This document shows, one piece after another, positions 1-10,773 of a stretch of DNA of 64,000 bases. Numbering within the stretch: position 1 is the stretch's first letter; each line of letters starts with the position of its first letter. A model generated the notes under the pieces. The model saw nothing but the letters and a program-made list of their open reading frames with translations, was not told the DNA's origin and ran no database searches. Source of the stretch: Escherichia phage vB_EcoM_CUA3; sequence record PP410321; one strand, given 5' to 3'. Made by a program: the position numbers and the translations under genes.

Positions 1-516
1 ATGTGTGAGATGAACTCTGCCGTCCAACGTCAAACTTCTTTCGCTGGGACTTATGCAGTAGCTAGTTCTCGTTGTGCTGCTATTCTCGCCGCTTCCGGTT
101 GGGTTGAGAAAAAGGAAGACCAAGACGAACTGGCTTATGGTGTATTAAAGAACGGCCTGCCACTTTATGCTGATATGAATAGTCCATGTGATTATGTTAT
201 TGTTGGTGTGAATGCTCAGATGGGTGAAGGACAGACGGTCGCATCTTTATATTATGCGCCTTATACGGAAGGTTTGAATGTGGTTGATGAAGAAGGTGAT
301 ACTTCAGTAGGTGAATTTAAGGTTATTGTTGACCCTGAAAGCTTACAACCTACAGTAGCATTGCTTGCTCGTTATGCATTGACTGCAAACCCTTATACCG
401 TCGCTAAGGACGATAAAGAAGCCCGCATTATTGATGGCTCTGATATGGACAAAATGGCTAACCAAAGCCAATTGAGTTCTTATCTTGGTGTTAAACTTCC
501 ACCTTTAGANANAAAN
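1..516 (+). CDS. 24: Head vertex / major capsid family protein, C-terminal part (5' end outside window; stop lies in ambiguous bases near 508-520)
   Basis: ORF from window edge; capsid-like sequence; sits immediately upstream of convergent rnlB as in T4 (24 then rnlB). Could be 23 instead of 24. Confidence 0.55.
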
Positions 517-522
517 NNAAAA

Positions 523-544
523 GGGACCTCACGGTCCCTTTATT
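523..544. terminator. Bidirectional rho-independent terminator between convergent genes 24 and rnlB
   Basis: GGGACC-tcac-GGTCCC hairpin followed by TTTATT on + and preceded by A/T-rich run giving a T-run on -. Confidence 0.6.
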
Positions 545-546
545 GT

Positions 547-1554
547 TTATTTGGATACTAATTCAATCCATACAGCTCGTAGCGTATCTTTAACACACTC
601 AATGAGCTGCTTTTTAACTTCAACAGGATTTTCGGCATCGGTTAATTCTAATTCTTCACGGGCCGCTTCTTCCAAAATATCTTGGACCGTCAGTCCCATT
701 ACCTTTCCAAAATCTTTAGGTGATACTTCACCAATCTTACTGATAACATTGTTAATACGGTTAACAGTCACATAATCAGTGAATTGCCACATCAAGTCCA
801 TATCGTCTTGGGACAATACCACTGCAACTTTAATAGGCTTGTCAGACTTTTTCTTCTCGCTGAATTTAGAGTTCTTACATTTAATCGCTACACGATTTCC
901 ATTAGGAAGCCAGATTGGAACATCAGGTTTCAGTACAAAGCCTTCAGCCGTAAATACTTTACCTTCAACCTTAGGAATAAAATCAGTCGAGTTAGCAATG
1001 GTTAAACCTGCATTATCCACTGCAAAATTATAATCTGGGATAACAGAATCAAAATCATTTGGAAGTTTAATAAGGTCTTCAAAGCTACCTGTGGCTAAGC
1101 ATGGAGCAACCTTAAACTTATGGATAATACAGAAAGCTTCCATAAGGGTATCAGTTAGAACAGATTCGGTGCCATCTTCTTTAGTAACACGGATATCAAA
1201 TACATAAAAGTCTTTATCGCCGTAATCCACATTCTTCTGGATACCTGTACCAGCGAACTCACCATAAATTTGATATGACTGATAATTAATAGATTCGATT
1301 AGATGTTGAACAGATTTAATAGAATCAGCATAGTTCTTAAGTACGATTTCATAGCCGTAGAAATCTTCAGCAGGGAGAATTGGTCCGGTGCGCTTGGCGC
1401 ATGTGACTGCGTCACGTTCTATGATTAAACTAAAGTTGGTTCCATGAATCTTCTCACGTGCTACCCATTCACCGCCAGTCAAACCATTAATACGGAGTTT
1501 TTCAATAAACTTATTGTTGTAGTGGTTTTCCAGACTGCTATATTTCTTGAACAT
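547..1554 (-). CDS. rnlB: RNA ligase 2 (Rnl2)
   Basis: 335 aa from ATG at 1554; near-collinear with T4 Rnl2 incl. [10 protein letters not shown] nucleotidyltransferase motif I lysine; ORF-track N-terminal extension is X from N-run. Confidence 0.9.
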   Translation of the reverse strand: MFKKYSSLENHYNNKFIEKLRINGLTGGEWVAREKIHGTNFSLIIERDAVTCAKRTGPILPAEDFYGYEIVLKNYADSIKSVQHLIESINYQSYQIYGEFAGTGIQKNVDYGDKDFYVFDIRVTKEDGTESVLTDTLMEAFCIIHKFKVAPCLATGSFEDLIKLPNDFDSVIPDYNFAVDNAGLTIANSTDFIPKVEGKVFTAEGFVLKPDVPIWLPNGNRVAIKCKNSKFSEKKKSDKPIKVAVVLSQDDMDLMWQFTDYVTVNRINNVISKIGEVSPKDFGKVMGLTVQDILEEAAREELELTDAENPVEVKKQLIECVKDTLRAVWIELVSK

Positions 1555-2011
1555 ANNNNNNNNNNNNNNNNNNNNNNNNNNNNNNNNNNNNNNNNNNNNN
1601 NNNNNNNNNNNNNNNNNNNNNNNNNNNNNNNNNNNNNNNNNNNNNNNNNNNNNNNNNNNNNNNNNNNNNNNNNNNNNNNNNNNNNNNNNNNNNNNNNNNN
1701 NNNNNNNNNNNNNNNNNNNNNNNNNNNNNNNNNNNNNNNNNNNNNNNNNNNNNNNNNNNNNNNNNNNNNNNNNNNNNNNNNNNNNNNNNNNNNNNNNNNN
1801 NNNNNNNNNNNNNNNNNNNNNNNNNNNNNNNNNNNNNNNNNNNNNNNNNNNNNNNNNNNNNNNNNNNNNNNNNNNNNNNNNNNNNNNNNNNNNNNNNNNN
1901 NNNNNNNNNNNNNNNNNNNNNNNNNNAATCACCATAATAAATATAATTAAATAGAAGAGTTAGTATTCTTCTGTCACCAAGCCAAATGGTTTAACGGAAG
2001 GACCTAGACCC

Positions 2012-2037
2012 ATTATAACACATCTAAATTTAAAGCA
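2012..2037 (-). promoter_or_regulatory. Putative MotA-dependent middle promoter (MotA box TGCTTTA, 13 nt spacer, -10 TATAAT) reading leftward into masked region
   Basis: Minus strand reads aaTATGCTTTAAatttagatgtgtTATAATggg. Confidence 0.45.
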
Positions 2038-2039
2038 TA

Positions 2040-2249
2040 TTACTTTGAACCAGAACGCGCTTTGCGCCGAACCTTATTGNNNNNNNNNNNNNNNNNNNNN
2101 NNNNNNNNNNNNNNNNNNNNNNNNNNNNNNNNNNNNNNNNNNNNNNNNNNNNNNNNNNNNNNNNNNNNNNNNNNNNNNNNNAATTTTTTAGCAATATCAA
2201 TAAAATTCATACCAGATTCATGTAAAAAATGTACTTTAATCTTATCCAT
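2040..2249 (-). CDS. Small hypothetical protein (24.2/24.3 position), interrupted by N-run
   Basis: ATG at 2249, basic C-terminal tail; middle part masked. Confidence 0.25.
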   Translation of the reverse strand: MDKIKVHFLHESGMNFIDIAKKXXXXXXXXXXXXXXXXXXXXXXXXXXXXXXXXXXXNKVRRKARSGSK

Positions 2250-4282
2250 AACAATTCTCTTGTNNNNNNNNNNNNNNNNNNNNNNNNNNNNNNNNNNNNN
2301 NNNNNNNNNNNNNNNNNNNNNNNNNNNNNNNNNNNNNNNNNNNNNNNNNNNNNNNNNNNNNNNNNNNNNNNNNNNNNNNNNNNNNNNNNNNNNNNNNNNN
2401 NNNNNNNNNNNNNNNNNNNNNNNNNNNNNNNNNNNNNNNNNNNNNNNNNNNNNNNNNNNNNNNNNNNNNNNNNNNNNNNNNNNNNNNNNNNNNNNNNNNN
2501 NNNNNNNNNNNNNNNNNNNNNNNNNNNNNNNNNNNNNNNNNNNNNNNNNNNNNNNNNNNNNNNNNNNNNNNNNNNNNNNNNNNNNNNNNNNNNNNNNNNN
2601 NNNNNNNNNNNNNNNNNNNNNNNNNNNNNNNNNNNNNNNNNNNNNNNNNNNNNNNNNNNNNNNNNNNNNNNNNNNNNNNNNNNNNNNNNNNNNNNNNNNN
2701 NNNNNNNNNNNNNNNNNNNNNNNNNNNNNNNNNNNNNNNNNNNNNNNNNNNNNNNNNNNNNNNNNNNNNNNNNNNNNNNNNNNNNNNNNNNNNNNNNNNN
2801 NNNNNNNNNNNNNNNNNNNNNNNNNNNNNNNNNNNNNNNNNNNNNNNNNNNNNNNNNNNNNNNNNNNNNNNNNNNNNNNNNNNNNNNNNNNNNNNNNNNN
2901 NNNNNNNNNNNNNNNNNNNNNNNNNNNNNNNNNNNNNNNNNNNNNNNNNNNNNNNNNNNNNNNNNNNNNNNNNNNNNNNNNNNNNNNNNNNNNNNNNNNN
3001 NNNNNNNNNNNNNNNNNNNNNNNNNNNNNNNNNNNNNNNNNNNNNNNNNNNNNNNNNNNNNNNNNNNNNNNNNNNNNNNNNNNNNNNNNNNNNNNNNNNN
3101 NNNNNNNNNNNNNNNNNNNNNNNNNNNNNNNNNNNNNNNNNNNNNNNNNNNNNNNNNNNNNNNNNNNNNNNNNNNNNNNNNNNNNNNNNNNNNNNNNNNN
3201 NNNNNNNNNNNNNNNNNNNNNNNNNNNNNNNNNNNNNNNNNNNNNNNNNNNNNNNNNNNNNNNNNNNNNNNNNNNNNNNNNNNNNNNNNNNNNNNNNNNN
3301 NNNNNNNNNNNNNNNNNNNNNNNNNNNNNNNNNNNNNNNNNNNNNNNNNNNNNNNNNNNNNNNNNNNNNNNNNNNNNNNNNNNNNNNNNNNNNNNNNNNN
3401 NNNNNNNNNNNNNNNNNNNNNNNNNNNNNNNNNNNNNNNNNNNNNNNNNNNNNNNNNNNNNNNNNNNNNNNNNNNNNNNNNNNNNNNNNNNNNNNNNNNN
3501 NNNNNNNNNNNNNNNNNNNNNNNNNNNNNNNNNNNNNNNNNNNNNNNNNNNNNNNNNNNNNNNNNNNNNNNNNNNNNNNNNNNNNNNNNNNNNNNNNNNN
3601 NNNNNNNNNNNNNNNNNNNNNNNNNNNNNNNNNNNNNNNNNNNNNNNNNNNNNNNNNNNNNNNNNNNNNNNNNNNNNNNNNNNNNNNNNNNNNNNNNNNN
3701 NNNNNNNNNNNNNNNNNNNNNNNNNNNNNNNNNNNNNNNNNNNNNNNNNNNNNNNNNNNNNNNNNNNNNNNNNNNNNNNNNNNNNNNNNNNNNNNNNNNN
3801 NNNNNNNNNNNNNNNNNNNNNNNNNNNNNNNNNNNNNNNNNNNNNNNNNNNNNNNNNNNNNNNNNNNNNNNNNNNNNNNNNNNNNNNNNNNNNNNNNNNN
3901 NNNNNNNNNNNNNNNNNNNNNNNNNNNNNNNNNNNNNNNNNNNNNNNNNNNNNNNNNNNNNNNNNNNNNNNNNNNNNNNNNNNNNNNNNNNNNNNNNNNN
4001 NNNNNNNNNNNNNNNNNNNNNNNNNNNNNNNNNNNNNNNNNNNNNNNNNNNNNNNNNNNNNNNNNNNNNNNNNNNNNNNNNNNNNNNNNNNNNNNNNNNN
4101 NNNNNNNNNNNNNNNNNNNNNNNNNNNNNNNNNNNNNNNNNNNNNNNNNNNNNNNNNNNNNNNNNNNNNNNNNNNNNNNNNNNNNNNNNNNNNNNNNNNN
4201 NNNNNNNNNNNNNNNNNNNNNNNNNNNNNNNNNNNNNNNNNNNNNNNNNNNNNNNNNNNNNNNNNNNNNNNNNNNNNNNNNN

Positions 4283-5653
4283 ATGAATAATTCTACCGTT
4301 ACGAGATTCTTGTACATCAACCTCTGGATAATCGGCGACCATTTTTTGAAGAGTATAGCGATGGAGATAATATTCACTATCAGGGTCATCAGTTTTCCAG
4401 TCTTTACCTTCAAGTGTCATTTTCTGGATTTCATCCATAACCCACCAACCAGCCCAAATATAAGCTGAATTACGAACAGGAAGTGGATGTACATAAGGTA
4501 GTTCACCGTCAGGAACAGGAGCCACTTTAGCAGTAATTGTTACATTACCTGTTTTTTTGACCGTCACTGGGTTATAATCGGTTGCGGAAACCGCAACAGA
4601 AACTTCAATAACCTGCGAACCTTCAGCACTTGTATCGATTGCCAAAGTATCCGTGGTGCCTGCAACAGGTGAACCATCTTTCTTCCAAGAATATGCAAAA
4701 GTAGCACCAGCAGGGGCACCGGCTACGGTAGCTTTAAAAGAAGCTGGAATTCCTTCAGAGACATTAATAGACGGTGGCGTTAAGTTAACAGAAACACCCG
4801 TCATAGTCTTTTTAGTAATTGTTACACTTCCTGTTTTGGCAACGGTTAAATCTTTATAATCCGCACCTGTTAGGACTACCGAAACTTCAATAGAGTAAGA
4901 ACCTATTGTAGATGTATCGACAGCAAGAATATTGCTGCTTTCGCCTGGAATAATAGAACCATTTTTCTTCCAAGAATAAGTTGCATTTACACCGGAAGGA
5001 GCGCCGATTACATCCGCTTTAAACTGTGCAGATGAGTCTTTCTCTGTACTAATTGAGGCCGGCGTTAAAGTAACAGAAACACCTGACAAAGTTTTCTTAA
5101 CAAAAGTTACAGCAGCACCTTTAGTAGCGGTAGCCGAATTATATTCAGGGGCAGTAACGGTAACTTCACAGTTCAAAGTGTAATTTGCTTCTGCTGCTTC
5201 AGTTATGGTAATAGTTTTACCTGTTTGACCTGATATTACGCTAGTGTTACGTTTCCAAACATAAGCGATTGTTGCACCGGAAGGAGCACCTGTTACGTTA
5301 GCAGTAACAACCTGAGATTGGCCAATTTCTTTAGAAACGGAAGTAGGGTCTAAGGCCAAAGAAATGGTCNNNATGGTCTTATTAACTACGGTGACTTCAA
5401 AAGTATCTTCAGCTACCTCAGGTTCGCCTTCAGCTGGAGTAGAAGTTGCTACTACCTTTAAAACTTTCTTACCAGCCGGAGCCGCACCGGTATATTTCAA
5501 AACATTGGTTGCCTCTGGATTAGAAGCACCGCCAACGGTCCATACATATGTAATGGTTCCTTCTACAGCTGCACCTGTTGCGGTAGCAGTGTAGTTGGCA
5601 CTTTCGCCTATTTTTATAGACGCAGCACCGGCTATACTTACAGTAAAAGCCAT
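4283..5653 (-). CDS. hoc: Hoc outer capsid decoration protein with four Ig-like repeats (3' end masked)
   Basis: Starts MAFTVSIAG; four ~90 aa repeats each with xxYxWxxxG and ending VTVVNKT/VTFVKKT/VTITKKT/VTITAKV, then capsid-binding-like C-terminal segment running into N-run. Confidence 0.8.
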
Positions 5654-5662
5654 AGTTTACCC

Positions 5663-6334
5663 TTATTTTAAAGTTACGAAAGATGAATTACGTGTTTCAC
5701 GTACTAATACTGAACCATTACGATTAATGTAATAAATCAGACTGAATAGTGTTTGGTGGGCAGATGGGTGTTGGAAATCTTTAGGACGTTCTTTCCAATC
5801 AGGGGTTTCGGCAATCCATTGATAAATCCACCAAGGCACAGTACAATACCCTGGATTTTTACCAATGAGTAAAAGATTAGGGCTAAAATTTTCAGGCAAA
5901 GAGAATACAGGTTTTTCAGATTCAATAACATTGGTTACAGCCTCTTCGAATTTCTCTTCGATAAAAGGAGTATCTTCTTCAATAANNNNNNNNNNNNNNN
6001 NNNNNNNNNNNNNNNNAACTTCAACCACGGCCTCAGGGGCATCAAATAATAGGGTGGCCTCTTCTTTAGCGGGTTCAGCACCATCAATAAATTCGTTAGC
6101 ACCGGTAAGTTCATCAGCGGCGTCAATCAAATCAGAAATAGACAAACCTTCGGTTTCCGGAAGTGGTTCATCTGCCAAGGCTTTAAGGCCTTCAGAGATA
6201 TCGATAATCAAATTATCAAACGAACGGGTTTTCTTAAGTTTTAAACCGAACTGTTCGCCGTATTCGATTAACTTAGCTTTAGCTTCTTTTTTATCTTCGA
6301 GTGCACGAAGCTCTTCAATATATTGAGTATCCAT
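5663..6334 (-). CDS. inh: Inhibitor of prohead protease (Inh)-like protein
   Basis: 223 aa ORF directly downstream of hoc, upstream region carries late promoter; assignment mainly by T4 synteny (hoc-inh). Confidence 0.55.
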   Translation of the reverse strand: MDTQYIEELRALEDKKEAKAKLIEYGEQFGLKLKKTRSFDNLIIDISEGLKALADEPLPETEGLSISDLIDAADELTGANEFIDGAEPAKEEATLLFDAPEAVVEVXXXXXXXXXXXIEEDTPFIEEKFEEAVTNVIESEKPVFSLPENFSPNLLLIGKNPGYCTVPWWIYQWIAETPDWKERPKDFQHPSAHQTLFSLIYYINRNGSVLVRETRNSSFVTLK

Positions 6335-6353
6335 AATTAGTCTCTTGTTGGTG

Positions 6354-6361
6354 TATAAATA
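6354..6361 (+). promoter_or_regulatory. Late promoter TATAAATA for uvsW
   Basis: Exact TATAAATA 29 nt upstream of uvsW ATG. Confidence 0.6.
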
Positions 6362-6367
6362 TAACTA

Positions 6368-6375
6368 TATTTATA
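6368..6375 (-). promoter_or_regulatory. Late promoter TATAAATA (minus strand) for inh/hoc
   Basis: Reverse complement of tatttata; ~35 nt upstream of inh ATG; divergent with the uvsW late promoter. Confidence 0.5.
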
Positions 6376-6389
6376 ACTGAGAATTAGAC

Positions 6390-7886
6390 ATGCAAATTCA
6401 AGTACATTTTGATAATTTTAGTCATGTTCGTGTTGAGTGTGATGAATCCACCTTCTACGAACTCAGAGACTATTTCAGCTTTGAAGCTGATGGATATAAA
6501 TTTAACCCTAAATACCGATATGGACAATGGGATGGGAGAATTCGTCTTCTAGATTATAACCGTAAACTTCCATATGGTTTAGTCCCACAAATTAAAAAAT
6601 TCGCTGACCAGTTTGAATACTCTCTTTGGATAGACCCACGAATTCTTGAACAGGAAGATATTTCACGTGAAGATTTTGACTCATGGGTGGCTTCACAAGA
6701 GATTTATTCAGGTTCTACCAAGATTGAGCCACATTGGTATCAGAATGAAGCCGTATACAACGGCCTGACAAAACGACGCGCAATTCTGAATTTACCTACA
6801 TCTGCAGGTAAATCATTGATTCAGGCGCTCCTGAGTCGATATTACGTTGAGAACTACGAAGGTAAAATTCTTATCTTAGTTCCTACTACTGCACTCGTAG
6901 ACCAGATGATTAACGACTTCGTTGATTATCGTTTGTTCCCTAAAGCTGCTATGCTTGGTATTCGTTCAGGTACTGCTCGTGATTCCGATGCAATGATTTA
7001 TGTTTCAACTTATCAAACGGCTATTAAACAACCTAAAGAGTGGTTTGCCCAGTTTGGTATGTTTATGAACGACGAATGCCATTTAGCAACAGGTAAATCA
7101 ATTTCTACCATCATCGAAGGCCTTACCAATTGTATGTTTAAATTTGGTTTGTCAGGTTCTTTAAAAGACGGTAAAGCCAATTTAATGCAATACATGGGTT
7201 TATTTGGCGATGTGTTTAAACCTGTTTCCACCTCTCAATTGATGGAAGAAGGACAGGTCACTGATTTAAAAATAAACAGTATTTTCCTTCGTTATCCAGA
7301 CGAATTCACTGTTAAGATGAAAGGTAAAGATTACCAATCAGAAATTAAAGTCATTACTAAGGCTACTCGTCGTAATAAATGGGTTGCTAATTTAGCTGTT
7401 AAACTCGCTAAGAAAGAAGAGAACGTATTCTTGATGTTTAAAAACATCGAGCACGGTAAAACTCTTTTTGAAATGGTTAAAGAGCAACATAAAGAGGTTT
7501 ATTACGTATCAGGTGAAGTTAATACAGAAACTCGTAATGCTCTTAAAGTAATGGCGGAAAATGGTAAGGGTATTATTGTTGTGGCAAGTTATGGTGTATT
7601 TTCTACAGGTATTTCCGTTAAGAATCTCCATCATGTAATATTTGCACACCCAGTAAAATCTAAAATCATTGTACTCCAGACAATAGGTCGTGTGCTCCGT
7701 AAACATGCATCTAAAACAACTGCACAAGTTTGGGACATTATAGACGACATGGGCGTTAAGCCTAAATCAGCAAATGCTAAAAAGAAATATGTTCATTTGA
7801 ATTATGCATTAAAACATGCCTTAGAACGTATTCAACGTTATGCTGACGAGAAATTTAATTACGTAATGAAACAGGTGGATTTATGA
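6390..7886 (+). CDS. uvsW: UvsW SF2 DNA helicase
   Basis: 498 aa; Walker A LPTSAGKS, DECH box NDECH; near-collinear with T4 UvsW. Confidence 0.95.
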   Translation: MQIQVHFDNFSHVRVECDESTFYELRDYFSFEADGYKFNPKYRYGQWDGRIRLLDYNRKLPYGLVPQIKKFADQFEYSLWIDPRILEQEDISREDFDSWVASQEIYSGSTKIEPHWYQNEAVYNGLTKRRAILNLPTSAGKSLIQALLSRYYVENYEGKILILVPTTALVDQMINDFVDYRLFPKAAMLGIRSGTARDSDAMIYVSTYQTAIKQPKEWFAQFGMFMNDECHLATGKSISTIIEGLTNCMFKFGLSGSLKDGKANLMQYMGLFGDVFKPVSTSQLMEEGQVTDLKINSIFLRYPDEFTVKMKGKDYQSEIKVITKATRRNKWVANLAVKLAKKEENVFLMFKNIEHGKTLFEMVKEQHKEVYYVSGEVNTETRNALKVMAENGKGIIVVASYGVFSTGISVKNLHHVIFAHPVKSKIIVLQTIGRVLRKHASKTTAQVWDIIDDMGVKPKSANAKKKYVHLNYALKHALERIQRYADEKFNYVMKQVDL

Positions 7887-8110
7887 AGTCCTTTAAAGAA
7901 GTTATCTATGAAGCCTCTATTGAGAGCTTCATGTCTAAAATTAGTTCCTGTCAAACCATGGACGGTTTGGAGGAATTGGAGAAGTATTACAAAACTCGTA
8001 GTAAAGAAGCTGAGCTTCGAGATTCGGATGATATCAGCGTTCGTGATGCCCTAGCAGGTAAACGAGCTGAATTGGAGTCGATGGACGACGAGGAAGAGGA
8101 AGATTTCTAA
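7883..8110 (+). CDS. uvsW.1: UvsW.1 small acidic protein
   Basis: 75 aa, ATGA overlap with uvsW stop, acidic C-terminus. Confidence 0.7.
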   Translation: MKSFKEVIYEASIESFMSKISSCQTMDGLEELEKYYKTRSKEAELRDSDDISVRDALAGKRAELESMDDEEEEDF

Positions 8111-8118
8111 ACAAAAAA

Positions 8119-8140
8119 GGCCCAACCTTTCGGAAGGGCC
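8119..8140 (-). terminator. Hairpin terminator for leftward uvsY transcript
   Basis: Minus strand GGCCCttccgaaaggttGGGCC followed by TTTTTTGTTT. Confidence 0.5.
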
Positions 8141-8170
8141 AATAACCATAAAATGGCTATACACACTAGA

Positions 8171-8338
8171 CTAAAGTAGTAATTGGGTTTCGTTCAGCTG
8201 TTCTTCAGTGTTTTCCGTAACAGGCATGCTTTGAACGTAATTATAACATGAACCCGGATGAACCGGACCTTTTTCTGTTTCAACAACCAATGCAGCATCG
8301 ATTGGAGTTTTACAGACAACGCAAATCTTATCTGACAT
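8171..8338 (-). CDS. Small hypothetical protein (uvsY.-2 position)
   Basis: 55 aa MSDKICVVCKTPIDAALVVETEKGPVHPGSCYNY..., not in ORF track (below 60 aa); good coding look, ends before terminator. Confidence 0.45.
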   Translation of the reverse strand: MSDKICVVCKTPIDAALVVETEKGPVHPGSCYNYVQSMPVTENTEEQLNETQLLL

Positions 8339-8366
8339 GATTGTCTCCTTAGTTTAACTTACATAT

Positions 8367-8465
8367 CTATTTATTACTTGCTAAAGCGGCATTAATGAAT
8401 TCTTGGAGAAGTTTCATCTTATTAGCATCTACTTTAATGGGTTTGGTATTTTTAGTACGCCTCAT
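8367..8465 (-). CDS. Small hypothetical peptide (uvsY.-1 position)
   Basis: 32 aa MRRTKNTKPIKVDANKMKLLQEFINAALASNK; ATG overlaps uvsY stop (TAATG). Confidence 0.3.
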   Translation of the reverse strand: MRRTKNTKPIKVDANKMKLLQEFINAALASNK

Positions 8466-8899
8466 TATTTGCCGGCCTCAAATTGTCTCATCTCATGCAT
8501 GGTTTTAAGGTTAAACCCTCGCGCCTTAATAGCATCTAGTGCCGAACTACAAAAGTCTTGTAACAAAGCCCAATACTGGATTGATGTATCGATTTTAATC
8601 ACGCTAGAATCTGCAGCCATTACGGTCTTTAATTCTGACTTCTCGTATTGGTCCATACAAACCTCATCACCAGGCTCTCCACGTCCCGTGTAGAAATCTA
8701 ATCGCTTCTTAAGAGAGGTCTTTTTCTGGATTTCTAATCGCATTATCTCTTTCTTACAATTCGTATACAGTCTTAGCCATTTGCTGTGCAGCAAAACGTT
8801 GTTCTGTACTTCATACTGTAAACGAGTCCCATCAATCTTTAAATCTTCATCTAATGCATCTTGGAATGATTCCAATTTATATTCAATCTCTTTACTCAT
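8465..8899 (-). CDS. uvsY: UvsY recombination mediator
   Basis: Strong similarity to T4 UvsY from MSKEIEY...; ORF-track start 8932 is an upstream in-frame extension. Confidence 0.9.
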   Translation of the reverse strand: MSKEIEYKLESFQDALDEDLKIDGTRLQYEVQNNVLLHSKWLRLYTNCKKEIMRLEIQKKTSLKKRLDFYTGRGEPGDEVCMDQYEKSELKTVMAADSSVIKIDTSIQYWALLQDFCSSALDAIKARGFNLKTMHEMRQFEAGK

Positions 8900-8957
8900 C
8901 GCATGTTTCCTGTTGAATGACCATAGGACCATTATACACTATTTGTTTGTACAGCAA

Positions 8958-9347
8958 TTAACCACTTTGTGAGAGCTGGATTCTAATTTGCTCTAACGTA
9001 TCCGGGTCATCAACAATACTAAACTGGACGGTTACTATAATAGAGTTGTCATCATAAACAGGGGTAACGCCTACAGCAAGAGCAGAAATTCTAGGTTCGA
9101 AGTTCCGCACAGCGGAAACTATATTACGCTTAATGGTATCCGTGATTAATGGAGTAATATTCTCAAACAGTTGATTACTGATATCACATCCAAATTCAGG
9201 CATAAAAGGGCGAGAGCCTTTACGAGTAGTAATAATGCCTAACAAACTATTTTTTACTGCACGGGCCCCTGTAGCTTTAGCGACGTCTCTATTCCAAGAC
9301 GTCCTCATTTCAGGGTCTAAATCTGAATACATTTTATTGATATTCAT
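8958..9347 (-). CDS. 25: Baseplate wedge protein gp25 (GPW/lysozyme-like family)
   Basis: 129 aa, collinear with T4 gp25 (MNINKMYSDLDPEM...). Confidence 0.9.
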   Translation of the reverse strand: MNINKMYSDLDPEMRTSWNRDVAKATGARAVKNSLLGIITTRKGSRPFMPEFGCDISNQLFENITPLITDTIKRNIVSAVRNFEPRISALAVGVTPVYDDNSIIVTVQFSIVDDPDTLEQIRIQLSQSG

Positions 9348-9970
9348 TACATCACCTTAAAGAACTCTTTAAGTCCCTCAATAACGTGGACGGTATGCTC
9401 ACCACATTCACAAGAAATAGGTATGGCCAAAATAGGCTTAGGGGTGACTAGAGCATCATAAACTTCTTTTACATCTTTTTCTGTTATCACAGAATAAAGG
9501 TCGTCTAGTTCCGCATCACTTAAATCAGAAAGAAGAAGCTTTTCGCCGGCAGAAGTTAAAATATAATCGATACACCCTGCAACCATCATAGCCCTATTTT
9601 TGTCTTCAAAGAGCTTAGGATATCTGAACACTATTTTAAAGTTGCCAAAGTCCTTAATAACATCGGGCTCTTTACCTAATGTAGTGCGAGTTAACGTCAT
9701 AGGGACCACCTGTGAGCGACCACAACTACAAACCCACTCACGTTCTATATTCACTTCAGCCAATGAATGGGCCCACAGGTTTATCACCAGGAGCTCAGAT
9801 TCTTGCTTGTTTAAATCACGAGCATCTGTGCAATTCAAAATGAGTTCATTGATAAAGGACTCTATTCTGTCTTCTAATTTAGCTTGGAGCAAGTCCTTAT
9901 ACTCTCTGAGGGTAAATGCTCTGCATTTTATGGTCTTGTTTTTAATTTTTACGTCAAAAGTATAATTCAT
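9347..9970 (-). CDS. 26: Baseplate hub protein gp26
   Basis: 207 aa, position and size as T4 gp26; overlaps gp25 start. Confidence 0.8.
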   Translation of the reverse strand: MNYTFDVKIKNKTIKCRAFTLREYKDLLQAKLEDRIESFINELILNCTDARDLNKQESELLVINLWAHSLAEVNIEREWVCSCGRSQVVPMTLTRTTLGKEPDVIKDFGNFKIVFRYPKLFEDKNRAMMVAGCIDYILTSAGEKLLLSDLSDAELDDLYSVITEKDVKEVYDALVTPKPILAIPISCECGEHTVHVIEGLKEFFKVM

Positions 9971-9988
9971 TGTCTTCTCCTTTAAGCT

Positions 9989-10000
9989 TATTTATAAATA
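9989..10000. promoter_or_regulatory. Overlapping divergent late promoters (TATAAATA on both strands) for 26 (-) and 51 (+)
   Basis: cttaTTTATAAATAc: plus-strand TATAAATA at 9993-10000, minus-strand TATAAATA at 9989-9996. Confidence 0.55.
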
Positions 10001-10020
10001 CATCAATAAGAGGATACCCT

Positions 10021-10773
10021 ATGGCTAATATAGTACGTTGTGAAATGCCTGATGGAGTCCACCGATTTAAGCCTTTTACAGTAGCTGATTATCGTGATTT
10101 TATTTTGATTCGAAATGATATGAATAGTAAATCACCTGAAGAGCAAAAACAAATTTTAGATGAGTTACTGGAAGAATACTTTGGTGAGTACCCTGTGTCA
10201 TGGCGCCCATACATGTTTATTGAACTGTATACGTCATCTCTTGGCAAGACTAAAATTCCTATCCGATACACTTGCAGTAAGTGTGAAAAAGATAGACAAG
10301 TTTTATTTAATTTGAAGCAGGCTAAGTTGGACAACCCTACAATTGAAGTGGCCGGCTTAAAACTGACATTCAAATTCCCTGAAATAGAATATCATGATAA
10401 GTCTGAATTAATTTTGAATACCATCCAGTCAGTAGAAGATGAAAATGGGGTTTATAATTGGTCGGACCTTTCTGAAGAGGACCAGTTAGCTGTAATAGAT
10501 GCTATAGACTTATCTACTTTAGAAGATATAGTCAAACAAACCAGCCCTATTCATTTCGAGCTCAAATACGGGTGTTGTAATCGTAGAACAATTACATATA
10601 CCGATATTTTAGAGGTGTTTAAGCTTATAGTCAATCCGGATGAGATATTTTTATTTTACCAAATAAACCATTTACTGGTAAAGAACAATTATTCATTAGA
10701 AAGCATTATGCATATGATTCCAATCGAACGTGGTATTGCTTTGTCTTTGGTTGAAAAGGACCTTAAGAAATGA
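10021..10773 (+). CDS. 51: Baseplate hub assembly protein gp51
   Basis: Start [13 protein letters not shown] at ATG 10021 with RBS aagaGGAt; ORF-track start 9970 is an upstream extension through the promoter. Confidence 0.8.
   Translation: MANIVRCEMPDGVHRFKPFTVADYRDFILIRNDMNSKSPEEQKQILDELLEEYFGEYPVSWRPYMFIELYTSSLGKTKIPIRYTCSKCEKDRQVLFNLKQAKLDNPTIEVAGLKLTFKFPEIEYHDKSELILNTIQSVEDENGVYNWSDLSEEDQLAVIDAIDLSTLEDIVKQTSPIHFELKYGCCNRRTITYTDILEVFKLIVNPDEIFLFYQINHLLVKNNYSLESIMHMIPIERGIALSLVEKDLKK

Noticed and set aside
2062-4413. Long ORFs in three frames (742, 685, 723 aa) composed almost entirely of X
   Set aside because: Artefacts of translating the N-run 2264-4282; no sequence information.
8403-8693. 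96 aa plus-strand ORF
   Set aside because: Antisense to uvsY, which has strong homology support; no RBS.
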